Under the pieces are notes generated by a model. The model had not been told where the DNA came from. It did no database searches and saw only the letters and a program-made list of their open reading frames with translations. The position numbers were made by a program, and so were the translations under genes. A DNA stretch of 63,878 nt, the filler included, from Octopus bimaculoides (lineage: Eukaryota), in NCBI RefSeq assembly GCF_001194135.2. It is 8 parts of 8 records of this genome, joined end to end, with 100 filler letters (N's around TTAATTAATTAA, not from the genome) between each part and the next. Parts side by side here need not be neighbours in the genome. Positions count along the whole stretch, not along the records: positions 25,292 to 50,280 come from NC_068987.1; 7 more parts are not named here. One strand, given 5' to 3'. Shown here piece by piece: positions 26,781 to 38,715 of the stretch (its first letter is position 1; each line of letters starts with the position of its first letter).

Positions 26781-27222
26781 ATAAAAANNNNNNNNNNNNN
26801 NNNNNNNNNNNNNNNNNNNNNNNNNNNNNNNNNNNNNNNNNNNNNNNNNNNNNNNNNNNNNNNNNNNNNNNNNNNNNNNNNNNNNNNNNNNNNNNNNNNN
26901 TATATATATATATATATTTCAATTTTTATTTGTTTCAGTCATTAGACTGTGGCCATGCTGGAGCACCACCTTTAAGAATTATTAGTTGAATAGATTGACC
27001 CCCCCAATACTAATTTTTCCTTTTAAGCCTGGTACTTATTTTATCACTCTCTTTTGCTGAACAGCTAAGTTAATGGGTTGTAAACACACCAACACCAGTT
27101 GTCAAGTGGTGGCGGGGACAAACACACACTCACACACATGCTTATACATATATACATATACAAACATATATATGACAGGCTTCTTTCAGTTCTATAAATA
27201 TCTCCTTTGAGTAAAACCACCA

Positions 27223-27505
27223 ATGGAAGAGAGTAGGACCAAAAATTGTGTGTACTCCATCCCATGCAGTGGAGAAACCTGCCGCCCCCTCAAAACAAGG
27301 GTAGAGAAACATCGGAAGACTGTGACACGAGGAGATATTGATAAATCGGGTATAGCTGATCATGTATGGAAAAATGGAGACCACCTCCCCCTGAGGGATG
27401 AAGTTAAAATAACAGACAGAGAACACCACTGGAAAATACGAAAACTAAAAGAAGCAGCACATATGCTAGGACACAACAACTTCCTAAGCAGACCGAGTGC
27501 AGGTA
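27223..27505 (+). pseudogene. Penelope GIY-YIG endonuclease fragment, probably inactive
   Basis: VYSIPC is followed directly by GETCR; the intervening CGxxYxG half of the GIY-YIG motif is missing. Confidence 0.8.
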
Positions 27506-27575
27506 TGAATAGTGGTCAAGAGCACAGGCTATTAAATCCAAGATTCCGAGTTCAATTCCAGGAATTGACCTGAAT
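27506..27575 (+). promoter_or_regulatory. tRNA-like head with degenerate Pol III A/B boxes, followed by (AAT)n
   Basis: atagtggtcaagagc...gagttcaattccagg...gacctgaataat; a cleaner copy at 32729-32808 has TGGCATAGTGG and GTTCGATTC. Confidence 0.6.
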
Positions 27576-27664
27576 AATGATAATAATAATAATAATAATG
27601 ATAATAACAACAACAACATCGAAAATACCTTAGGAATGAGAACCCAGGTTCAAAATTTTCCCGA

Positions 27665-27707
27665 GACACCTGATGAAGCTTGGAGGGTATATCAGCTGAA
27701 ATGTGTT
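27665..27707 (+). ncRNA. Minimal type I hammerhead motif, damaged in stem III
   Basis: gacac CTGATGA(27670-76) a gct-tg gagggtatat cagct GAAA(27698-701) t gtgtt; 3 nt shorter in stem III than the sister copies. Confidence 0.6.
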
Positions 27708-27904
27708 AACAACAAACAAGATGAGGACAATTATCCGTCAAATGTAAATAATGTAAATAATGTAGGCTTCTTTCAGTTTCCATCTTCCAAATCCAATCAC
27801 ATGGCTTTGGTCAGCTCAAGGCAATAGTAGAAGTCACTTAACCCAAGGTGCCACCCTGTGGGACAGAACCTGCAACTGTGCGGTAAGGAAGCAAACACAT
27901 CTAT

Positions 27905-28172
27905 GCACGTATACACACACACACAAACACATGCTCAGACACACACACTCACTCACTCGCACAAACACACTCACACACAAACACACACTCACATGCACAC
28001 ACACATGCACACACGCATGCATACATGCATACACACAGACTCACACATTCACACAAACACACACAAATACACATACATTCACATGCACACACAAACACAC
28101 ACACGCACACACACACACACTCAGACACACACACACTCACTTGCAAACACACACACATACATAAACACACAC
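27905..28172. repeat. Compound (CA)n-rich repeat
   Basis: Low-complexity CACA/CATG/CAAA mosaic. Confidence 0.95.
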
Positions 28173-28839
28173 ATAAGAAAATAAGATGGAAAGAAATAAA
28201 CAATCATCTTATGAAGTACATTAGATGATTGCTTATTTTTTTTGTCATCTCTTTTCCTTATTACTGCTCTGTACTCAACTAGCATCTTCTATTATAGCCC
28301 TAGGTCGACCAAAAGTGGATTTGGTAGACGAAAACTGAAAGCCCATCATCTNNNNNNNNNNNNNNNNNNNNNNNNNNNNNNNNNNNNNNNNNNNNNNNNN
28401 NNNNNNNNNNNNNNNNNNNNNNNNNNNNNNNNNNNNNNNNNNNNNNNNNNNNNNNNNNNNNNNNNNNNNNNNNNNNNNNNNNNNNNNNNNNNNNNNNNNN
28501 NNNNNNNNNNNNNNNNNNNNNNNNNNNNNNNNNNNNNNNNNNNNNNNNNNNNNNNNNNNNNNNNNNNNNNNNNNNNNNNNNNNNNNNNNNNNNNNNNNNN
28601 NNNNNNNNNNNNNNNNNNNNNNNNNNNNNNNNNNNNNNNNNNNNNNNNNNNNNNNNNNNNNNNNNNNNNNNNNNNNNNNNNNNNNNNNNNNNNNNNNNNN
28701 NNNNNNNNNNNNNNNNNNNNNNNNNNNNNNNNNNNNNNNNNNNNNNNNNNNNNNNNNNNNNNNNNNNNNNNNNNNNNNNNNNNNNNNNNNNNNNNNNNNN
28801 NNNNNNNNNNNNNNNNNNNNNNNNNNNNNNNNNNNNNNN

Positions 28840-29240
28840 GAAGACCCGTCAAGCCAAGTAAGATCGTTGCCAGTGCCCCTGGACTGGCTCTTGTGCGGGT
28901 GGCACATGAGATGCACCATTTTGAGCGTGGCCGTTGCCAGTACCGCCTGACTGGCTCCCGTAGGATTTTCGAGTGAGATCGTTGCCAGTGCCCCTGGACT
29001 GGCTTGTGCGGGTGGCACATAAAAGACACCATTTCGAGCGTGGCCGTTTTCATGTGGGTGACACGTAAAAGCACCCACTACACTCTCTGAGTGGTTGGCG
29101 TTAGGAAGGGCATCCATCTGTAGAAACCATTGCCAAAGCTGATGGTACAGCTTGGCACTCTTCTCTGCCTTGCAAAACCATCTAACCCATACCACATCAT
29201 GGAAGACAATTGTTAAATGATGATAATGATTATGATGATG
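28840..29240 (+). mobile_element. SINE family D with internal tandem sub-repeats and (GAT)n tail
   Basis: Two copies of gagatcgttgccagtgcccctggactggct..gcgggtggcaca, then gttggcgttaggaagggcatcc and gttaaatgatgataatgat. Confidence 0.85.
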
Positions 29241-29691
29241 ATCATTATCATCACCATCATCATCATCGTCATCATGTCATGTAAGATAATGTATTGAGTT
29301 TATATTAAGAAAGATTAAAAAAAGTCAATAAGTATGTTGTTGAAAATGTGTAAAATACGATCCGTGTGTGCAAAGGTCACTATATAATTATATACTAACG
29401 ATATATAACAATTATAACAATTGCCTTGTAGCTTAGCCATTGTAGCGATTAAAAACAAATATGGTCCGTTGTATTTGCTTTGTGATTATTTTGCAATAAA
29501 GAAATAGACAATTACACTTTATTAGGTATTGATGTCTTTCATCGCACACCTGTGACTTATTAACTTGCTACAGAACCTCATTGCATCTGTGTGAGCTAGG
29601 AAAGATATATTGTTGTAGAGTAACAATAACCAGGTCAAAGATGAAACACTTTGATAAAAAAATAATGTACATTACTACCACCACCACCACC

Positions 29692-29743
<52 letters not shown>

Positions 29744-29750
29744 TTATTAT

Positions 29751-29975
29751 TAAGGTGGCGAACTGGCGGAATCGTTAGTACGCTGGGCAAAATACTTAGT
29801 GGCATTTCGTCTGTCTTTACATTCTGGGTTCAAACTCCACTGAGGTCGACTTTGCCTTCCATCCTTTTGGGGTTGATAAATTAAGTACCAGTGAAACACT
29901 GGGGGTGGGGTCGATGCAATCAACTAGTCCCCTTCCACTAAATTTCAGGCATTGTGTCTTTAGTAGAAAGGATTA
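29751..29975 (+). mobile_element. tRNA-derived SINE family B (Deu/Nin-like core), full length
   Basis: Head ggcgaactggcggaatcgttag..gggttcaaactcc, core gtcgactttgccttccatccttttggggttgataaattaagtaccag; inserted after a (CTA)n/(TTA)n tract. Confidence 0.85.
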
Positions 29976-29987
29976 TTATTATTATTG

Positions 29988-30380
29988 TGGCAAGTAGCTT
30001 GCTTACAAACCATATGGTTCCAGGTTCAGTTCCACTACGTGGCACCTTGGGCAAGTGTCTTCTACTATAGCCTCGGGCCGACCAAAGCCTTGTGAGTGGA
30101 TTTGGTTGACAGAAACTGAAAGAAGCCCGTCATATATATATGTATATATATATATATGCGTGTGTGTATGTTTGTGTGTCTGTGTTTGTCCCCCCAACAT
30201 CGCTCGACAACCGATGGTGGTGAGTTTACGTCCTCGTAACCGAGCGGTTCGGCAAAAGAGACTGGTAGAATAAGTACTAGGCTTACAAAGAATAAGTCCT
30301 GGGGTCGATTTGCTCGACTAAAAGCGGTGCTCCAGCATGGCCATAGTCAAATGACTGAAGCAAGTAAAAGAGTAATAAGA
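29988..30380 (+). mobile_element. SINE family A, full length
   Basis: gtggcaagtagcttgc head to gtcaaatgactgaagcaagtaaaagag tail, followed by (ATT)n. Confidence 0.9.
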
Positions 30381-30386
30381 GTATTA

Positions 30387-30443
<57 letters not shown>

Positions 30444-32194
30444 ACTATTATTAATATTATCACAAAAGAAAAAAAATTAAGAATATAACAAACAGTAGAT
30501 GTGTATTTCTAACTCACACAGAGTTGAAACGCTATTTGATTTTTCTTTTCAGCGTTGAATGTTCACCATCCCACTTGCATTGCACGCACAAGCACACACA
30601 CAGACAGACACACACACACACACGCACACACACACACACACACAACCACACACGCATTCACATACCTCCCTTTTACATACACACGCATATACACATATAC
30701 TTACAGAGTTGAAACGCTGTTTGATTTTTCTTTTCAGTGTTGAATGTTTACCATCCCACTTTCATTGCATGCACAAGCTCACACATACACACACACACAA
30801 CCACACACACATTCACATACCTCCCTTTTACATACACAAGCATATACACATATACTCACACAGAGCTGAAGCACTCCCACTAACAGTTTGCCATCACCCC
30901 TTCCTTTCTCATTCATATGTTGTAACAGAGAAAAACACAAGAGCATTATTATAGTAAATAATTACCAATAAACACTCACACACACACACACGCACACAGA
31001 TTCTGAATTCAATCACTCAACCTGCATGAGATAGCAGCCAGTTCACTCTCACATCACACCTTCCTATCATCTTCATTCACCTCCTCCTCCTCCTCCTCCT
31101 CCTCNNNNNNNNNNNNNNNNNNNNNNNNNNNNNNNNNNNNNNNNNNNNNNNNNNNNNNNNNNNNNNNNNNNNNNNNNNNNNNNNNNNNNNNNNNNNNNNN
31201 NNNNNNNNNNNNNNNNNNNNNNNNNNNNNNNNNNNNNNNNNNNNNNNNNNNNNNNNNNNNNNNNNNNNNNNNNNNNNNNNNNNNNNNNNNNNNNNNNNNN
31301 NNNNNNNNNNNNNNNNNNNNNNNNNNNNNNNNNNNNNNNNNNNNNNNNNNNNNNNNNNNNNNNNNNNNNNNNNNNNNNNNNNNNNNNNNNNNNNNNNNNN
31401 NNNNNNNNNNNNNNNNNNNNNNNNNNNNNNNNNNNNNNNNNNNNNNNNNNNNNNNNNNNNNNNNNNNNNNNNNNNNNNNNNNNNNNNNNNNNNNNNNNNN
31501 NNNNNNNNNNNNNNNNNNNNNNNNNNNNNNNNNNNNNNNNNNNNNNNNNNNNNNNNNNNNNNNNNNNNNNNNNNNNNNNNNNNNNNNNNNNNNNNNNNNN
31601 NNNNNNNNNNNNNNNNNNNNNNNNNNNNNNNNNNNNNNNNNNNNNNNNNNNNNNNNNNNNNNNNNNNNNNNNNNNNNNNNNNNNNNNNNNNNNNNNNNNN
31701 NNNNNNNNNNNNNNNNNNNNNNNNNNNNNNNNNNNNNNNNNNNNNNNNNNNNNNNNNNNNNNNNNNNNNNNNNNNNNNNNNNNNNNNNNNNNNNNNNNNN
31801 NNNNNNNNNNNNNNNNNNNNNNNNNNNNNNNNNNNNNNNNNNNNNNNNNNNNNNNNNNNNNNNNNNNNNNNNNNNNNNNNNNNNNNNNNNNNNNNNNNNN
31901 NNNNNNNNNNNNNNNNNNNNNNNNNNNNNNNNNNNNNNNNNNNNNNNNNNNNNNNNNNNNNNNNNNNNNNNNNNNNNNNNNNNNNNNNNNNNNNNNNNNN
32001 NNNNNNNNNNNNNNNNNNNNNNNNNNNNNNNNNNNNNNNNNNNNNNNATATACACATATACTTACACAGAGTTGAAACGCTGTTTGATTTTTCTTTTCAG
32101 TGTTGAATGTTTACCATCCCACTTTCATTGCATGCACAAGCTCACACATACACACACACACAACCACACACACATTCACATATATGTATATATA

Positions 32195-32233
<39 letters not shown>

Positions 32234-32604
32234 GAATAAATAAAGATAGAACATTAATAGTCATGAAAGACATTAATGTTAGTGGCCACAAGCTCAAACC
32301 ATATAAGCAAAATTAATAGATATTTATAAAAGAATTATATATAACAAATGTGCTTTTTTTAAAAAACACCATCTTTGTTAAAAATAGAAGTCAAAATAGA
32401 AGTCAAAACACTCGAAAGCCACAAAAAGTAACACTATATTTTCACAGGCATGTGAAAAAAAGACTAAGTGAAATAAGGATTGCATCTTACCTCTGCAAAA
32501 TTGCAAGGAATGGTAGTTAATTTGATATCATGATTTCAAATTTAGCACCAAAATATGCTTGATTCTCCTGAGCCAAGTCTTCTAGTAACAAACTCTTATA
32601 TAGT

Positions 32605-32810
32605 TCTATATTTTAGAGATGAGGAATTATGTACATTATTTACATTTGAAGGATGTATGTCCTCATCTTGTTTGTTGTTAACACAACGTTTTGGCTGACA
32701 TACCCTCCAGCCTTAACCACTATACCATATGGCATAGTGGTTAAGAGCATGGATTACAAACCCTAAGATTCTGAGTTCGATTCCAGGCAGTGACCTGAAT
32801 AATAATAANN
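32605..32810. mobile_element. Head-to-head inverted copy of the tRNA-head/HHR module
   Basis: Minus-strand HHR module 32605-32714 fused to a plus-strand tRNA-like head 32729-32808 through a 34-bp palindrome at 32712-32745. Confidence 0.75.
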
Positions 32811-32829
32811 NNNNNNNNTCATCATCACC

Positions 32830-33052
32830 AACTCTCACAATCTCCTCCACTGAATTGGTGAGCAGACCAACACTCCCCCTGAAGGTGATGCCAGTTCATT
32901 GCAGAATTACCCGTTTGCAGCTTTACAGCTGAGTGGACTGTGGCAACATGAAATGAAGTGTTTTGCTCAAGAACATACAGCCGGTCTGGGAATTGAAACC
33001 ACAATCTCATGATTATAAGTGCAACATGCCTAACCATTAGGCCATGCACCTT
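32830..33052 (-). mobile_element. SINE family C, degenerate
   Basis: Reverse complement of gaaggtgcatggcctaatggttagg..gtatgttcttgagcaaaacacttcatttcatgttgcc. Confidence 0.75.
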
Positions 33053-33064
33053 CACTCACTCACA

Positions 33065-33099
<35 letters not shown>

Positions 33100-33101
<2 letters not shown>

Positions 33102-33267
33102 TGGAGTGGTCAGTGTTAGGAAGGGCATCCAGCCGTAAAATTCCTGCCAAAATAGATACAGTAGCCTAAGGTAGTTTTTCTACCTGGCCAGCTCCTGTCA
33201 GCCATCCTACCTATGCATGCATGGAAGATGGATGTTAAACAATGATCCTGATGATGATGATGATGAT
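33100..33267 (+). mobile_element. SINE family D 3' part with (GAT)n tail
   Basis: gtgttaggaagggcatccagccgtaaaa..gatggatgttaaacaatgatcctgatgatg. Confidence 0.8.
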
Positions 33268-34540
33268 GAGTTGAAACGCTATTTGATTTTTCTTTTCAGC
33301 GTTGAATGTTCACCATCCCACTTGCATTGCACGCACAAGCACACACACAGACAGACACACACACACACACACACGCACACACACACACACACACAACCAC
33401 ACACGCATTCACATACCTCCCTTTTACATACACACGCATATACACATATACTTACACAGAGTTGAAACGCTGTTTGATTTTTCTTTTCAGTGTTGAATGT
33501 TTACCATCCCACTTTCATTGCATGCACAAGCTCACACATACACACACACACAACCACACACACATTCACATATATGTATATATATGTGTGTGTGTGTGTG
33601 TATATNNNNNNNNNNNNNNNNNNNNNNNNNNNNNNNNNNNNNNNNNNNNNNNNNNNNNNNNNNNNNNNNNNNNNNNNNNNNNNNNNNNNNNNNNNNNNNN
33701 NNNNNNNNNNNNNNNNNNNNNNNNNNNNNNNNNNNNNNNNNNNNNNNNNNNNNNNNNNNNNNNNNNNNNNNNNNNNNNNNNNNNNNNNNNNNNNNNNNNN
33801 NNNNNNNNNNNNNNNNNNNNNNNNNNNNNNNNNNNNNNNNNNNNNNNNNNNNNNNNNNNNNNNNNNNNNNNNNNNNNNNNNNNNNNNNNNNNNNNNNNNN
33901 NNNNNNNNNNNNNNNNNNNNNNNNNNNNNNNNNNNNNNNNNNNNNNNNNNNNNNNNNNNNNNNNNNNNNNNNNNNNNNNNNNNNNNNNNNNNNNNNNNNN
34001 NNNNNNNNNNNNNNNNNNNNNNNNNNNNNNNNNNNNNNNNNNNNNNNNNNNNNNNNNNNNNNNNNNNNNNNNNNNNNNNNNNNNNNNNNNNNNNNNNNNN
34101 NNNNNNNNNNNNNNNNNNNNNNNNNNNNNNNNNNNNNNNNNNNNNNNNNNNNNNNNNNNNNNNNNNNNNNNNNNNNNNNNNNNNNNNNNNNNNNNNNNNN
34201 NNNNNNNNNNNNNNNNNNNNNNNNNNNNNNNNNNNNNNNNNNNNNNNNNNNNNNNNNNNNNNNNNNNNNNNNNNNNNNNNNNNNNNNNNNNNNNNNNNNN
34301 NNNNNNNNNNNNNNNNNNNNNNNNNNNNNNNNNNNNNNNNNNNNNNNNNNNNNNNNNNNNNNNNNNNNNNNNNNNNNNNNNNNNNNNNNNNNNNNNNNNN
34401 NNNNNNNNNNNNNNNNNNNNNNNNNNNNNNNNNNNNNNNNNNNNNNNNNNNNNNNNNNNNNNNNNNNNNNNNNNNNNNNNNNNNNNNNNNNNNNNNNNNN
34501 NNNNNNNNNNNNNNNNNNNNNNNNNNNNNNNNNNNNNNNN

Positions 34541-34573
<33 letters not shown>

Positions 34574-34576
<3 letters not shown>

Positions 34577-34795
34577 AAAAGTGTGTAAAGTTCCTGGCTT
34601 TGGATAAAAGAAAATACAGGAGGATCAGTTAATTATGATTACATTTAGCATATTCCCTTCTCAGGTTCACACAGTTATTGTAGTCGTCCTTCAGTTTTTC
34701 AAAGCCCTGTAAAAGAACTCAGAAGGTTGAGCCTCCAACCAGGCATTTCATGATACTTTTAAAACCAGGAACTTTACAGCACACCCTCTTCTGTA
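34574..34795. mobile_element. Mariner-derived MITE of about 220 bp
   Basis: Degenerate TIRs (aagttcctggcttt / aaaaccaggaactt); the minus strand encodes WLEAQPSEFF and GFEKLKDDYNNCVNLRREY, like a mariner transposase C-terminus. Confidence 0.7.
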
Positions 34796-34799
34796 CGTG

Positions 34800-35181
34800 T
34801 GTGTTTGTGTGTGTGTGTGTGCATGTGTACACTGACACACACAAACACACACACACACACACACATACACATGCACACACACATGCACACACACACATAC
34901 ACACACACAAACACACACACACATGCACATGCACACATACACACATGCACACACACACAAACACATACACATGCACACACACACATATGCACACACACAT
35001 ACACATGCACATACACATACACACAAACACACACACACATACACATGCACACACACAAACACACACACATACACATGCACACACACATGCACACACACAT
35101 ACATACACATGCACACACACACACACATGCACACACACAAACACACACACACATGCACACACACACACACATACATGCACA

Positions 35182-35230
<49 letters not shown>
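34800..35230. repeat. Compound (CA)n/(CACATG)n repeat
   Basis: About 430 bp of low complexity; source of the poly-HT and poly-CV ORFs. Confidence 0.95.
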
Positions 35231-35232
<2 letters not shown>

Positions 35233-35700
35233 CCTGTGTTGATGATTACATTGAAAGTGTTTATGATATGGTCCTGTTGAGCAGACAGATGATTATCGAT
35301 GAAGTGGTAATTAATATGCAAAATAGCTGTCACGGTTCTCATTATGAAATCGTCCATAGCAGACTTGCTTTTAGTAAAGTTTGCGTAAGATGGACCCTCA
35401 AGCTAACTCACAGAATTGTACAAACAAAACTGATTTGAAATCTGCCAACAACTTCCGATTCACTAAAGTCATGAAGGTGACACCATTTTGGAAAGAAAAA
35501 TGTCATCAGTGGTAATGAAACATGGTTACACCACTTTACATTTGAGAATAAATGCCAAAGAAGGGACTGGAAACATCTGCAACTACATGTGGGAAAAAGT
35601 TCAAACCTTGACCAAGCAGGTAAACTATGTCTACTGTATTTTGATGGGACCCACAGGGACCAATGCTGAAGTGTTGTTTGAAGAGATACACAAAAGTAAA
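35230..35700 (+). mobile_element. Decayed mariner (SETMAR-like, DD34D) transposase fragment
   Basis: GSHYEIVHSRLAFSKVCVRWTLKLT (WVPxxL region), ISGNETWLHH (TGDETW) and the KKFK..SAGKL region in broken frames. Confidence 0.8.
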
Positions 35701-36004
35701 AAATGAAATGAGACAACTAGGTGTAGCTGTTTGGATCCTGAGGATTTGGCTCAGCTGACTGGATGTGTGAATGGTTTTGATGACAGTACTTTTTAGCACT
35801 GTAGGCTAACAAAGTCACACGCACACACATGCAAGGAGGAATACACACTTATAGATAAAAAGAGGGAGAGAGAGAGAGAGAGAGAAAAGAAACATTATGA
35901 TTTATTAATTGAACACAATTGACATACGCACTTTCCCTTGTCTCATACTCATACAGCGATATGTGCTTACACACATATAAAAAGAATATGAGAGAAAGAG
36001 AGAG

Positions 36005-36053
<49 letters not shown>

Positions 36054-36179
36054 CAGAGTGAGAGAAGAGAGATAGAATGACAAGAAGACAGCGACAGACA
36101 GAGAGGAGAGAGAAAGCCAGAGAAACATAAAAGTAGAGAGAAATATTGGTTTCAAATTTTGGCACAATGCCAGCAGTTT

Positions 36180-36330
36180 TGGAAGAGGATCCAAATTGAT
36201 TAATCAACCCTAGTCTTCAACTGGTACTTATTTTATCAACCCTGAAAAGACGAAAGGTAAAGCTGACTCTGGTGGCATTTGAACTCATTTTTCCTGGGTG
36301 TGGTGACATTCTGTCAGCTCACTGCCTTGG
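36180..36330 (-). mobile_element. SINE family B, degenerate
   Basis: ctggtacttattttatcaaccctgaaaagacgaaaggtaaagctgac is the reverse complement of the Deu/Nin-like core. Confidence 0.7.
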
Positions 36331-36578
36331 TGGAGAGAAATATTAAAAAGTCTGATGTCAAAGAAGTCAGCATCAAATCAGTAATGCCAAATTGGTTGAG
36401 CCAAAACAACCACACCAAAACATCCCATATGCAGTAAATAGTCTCATTTATACCAAGATGTCATATGACTGGCAAATGCCTGCAATTTGAAGTTAATGCC
36501 AAGGACTATTCTCAAAAGGTATTTTGTTGTTGTTACATAATAATACCCATCTGCATAATATTGCACACATACACTGTT

Positions 36579-36898
36579 GTGAAGGCACATGGCTCAGTGG
36601 TTAGAGTGTTGAACTTACGATTGCGAGGTTGTGAGTTTGAATCCCAGACCAGGCTGCGTGTTGTGTTCTTGAGCAAGACACTTTATTTCATGTTCCTCCA
36701 GTTCACTCAGCTGTAGAAATGAGTTGCGATGTCACAGGTGTCAAGCTTTTCCCTTGGATAACTCTGGTGGCATGGAGAGGGGAGACCTGTATGCATAGGT
36801 GACTGCTGGTCTTCCATAAACAACCTTGCCCGGACTTGTGCCTCGGAGGGTAACCTTCTAGGTGCAATCCTATGGTCAGTCATGACTGAAGAGGGTTT
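36579..36898 (+). mobile_element. SINE family C, full length
   Basis: A box tggctcagtgg, B box gtttgaatcc, cttgagcaagacactttatttc core; colinear with 7234-7571. Confidence 0.88.
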
Positions 36899-37374
36899 CA
36901 GCACACTGTTGAAATTCCCCAAAAGCTGAAATTTTAGGTATTGGAGCATTTGGTGTGTAATCCTCTCACTTGGTTCATTGAATTATTCTTTGTTTTCTCC
37001 TCTCAAAGATGCCGCAAGAGGCACTAATTCACCATAGAGAAAGAATTGAAGAAAGCATTGTGTACTTGTCTCAACTCTTTGCTGGAAACATAATCTTCTG
37101 AGGACATGAAAAAGCTTGTGGCAAGAGGATCTATGACTGTTGAAAAGCAAGGAACCATGTTGGAAAATGATTAGTAGAACTATTAACACATCTGTTGCTG
37201 TTGTCATTAATTTTTAATAAAAATAATCAATGAGAAGTAAGAGAAAAAAAATACAGATCACTGAATGCTGCCCCTCTCTTGAGCAAGCATAAACCAGTAT
37301 GGCCATGCATACATAGAAACAACAATAATTTAATTGACATTTCAGGTTCTGCCATTGTGTGTGTACCAATACAA

Positions 37375-37570
37375 AATCATCATCAGCATTTAACATCCAT
37401 TTTCCATGCTGGCACAGGTTGGACAACTTGATGGGAACTAGCAAGGCCAGGAGCCACAACAGGTTCCATATTCTGTTTTGGCTTGGTTTTTATGGCTGGA
37501 TGCCCTTCCTAATGCTAACCACTTTACAAAGTGTACTGGCTGCTTTTTACATGGCACCATCATCAGTACT
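37375..37570 (-). mobile_element. SINE family D
   Basis: ttaacatccattttccatgctggc..ggctggatgcccttcctaatgctaaccact. Confidence 0.8.
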
Positions 37571-37823
37571 TCTTATGTGGCATCATCATCCACACCAATA
37601 CTTTTTTGTGACACTTTGGTTTTAGGATATCAATTCTGTTGTGGTGGGCAGGTCATCCTGAGTACAGCAACGCGCCACATATCTCGGCCCTTTATCATTT
37701 CCTTCATGTCTCCTGGGTCTCCCTCTTTCACAACCCCCCCCCTTCACACACACTTTAAGTGATTGGCAAGAAAAACCATTTATAAGTGCTTTGTAGATAA
37801 TTAATCACTCAAACTGAAATGTA

Positions 37824-37877
<54 letters not shown>

Positions 37878-38279
37878 GTATAATATTTATTTATTCCAAT
37901 GTGCGTGCATGTGTGTATAATATACATATAATGCATATATGCACAATGCCAAAACAGACAAGTAAGTCACGGTCTCCTGACTTTTGTGTTACTTGGACCA
38001 TAACAACCTATGCAACACATACCAGCGAGAAAATCGGACTGAAAGAATGGTGATGATGATAATGATATTTGCATGCATACAAATATACGCATATAAATGC
38101 ATGTATATGGGGATGTGTGTGTACTATTTATGTATGTGTGTGTGTGTATATATTATACATACATATATAGTTTTATATATACATACATACACATACACAC
38201 ATATATATCATCATCATCATTTGTACATTGATATATACATGGGTATATACATACATAATATATATATATATACATATAC

Positions 38280-38337
<58 letters not shown>

Positions 38338-38349
38338 NNNNNNNNNNNN

Positions 38350-38401
<52 letters not shown>

Positions 38402-38674
38402 TCACATATATATATACACACAAATACATATGCATATACACATATATACATACATATATATGTATATATATAGATATATATTATTTTGTTTAAAAGAGTT
38501 CCAACACTGTCTGTTTTTTATGTTTTATTTATAAAAAAAGACAGACAGTCTTGGAACTCTTTTAAACAAAATAATATATTCCTCTATACACAATCATACA
38601 AAACCCCTTTTTTTGTATTTATTTTTACTCGCATATATATATATATATATATATATATGCATACGCACATGCAT

Positions 38675-38715
<41 letters not shown>

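Larger units (their letters stand above)
27192..27763 (+). mobile_element. 5'-truncated Penelope-like element: GIY-YIG fragment + tRNA-like head + (AAT)n + HHR module, with 14-15 bp TSD
   Basis: ORF 27223-27573 has NCVYSIPCS-GETCRPLKTRVEKHRK..KSGIADHVW..EVKITDREHHWKIRKLKEA; direct repeat AGGCTTCTTTCAGTT at 27177-27191 and 27764-27778. Confidence 0.85.
26920..27905 (-). mobile_element. SINE family A split by a Penelope insertion (pieces 26920-27191 and 27764-27905)
   Basis: The two pieces join into one colinear SINE at the duplicated site (A)GGCTTCTTTCAGTT. Confidence 0.8.
30521..33605 (+). repeat. Five local copies of a 150-190 bp unit (starts 30521, 30706, 32069, 33268, 33459)
   Basis: Each starts gagttgaaacgct(a/g)tttgatttttcttttcag; 32048-32215 and 33438-33605 appear identical. 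Confidence 0.9.

Noticed and set aside
36983-37207. Possible piggyBac transposase remnant (MKKLVARGS..)
   Set aside because: Similarity too short to support.
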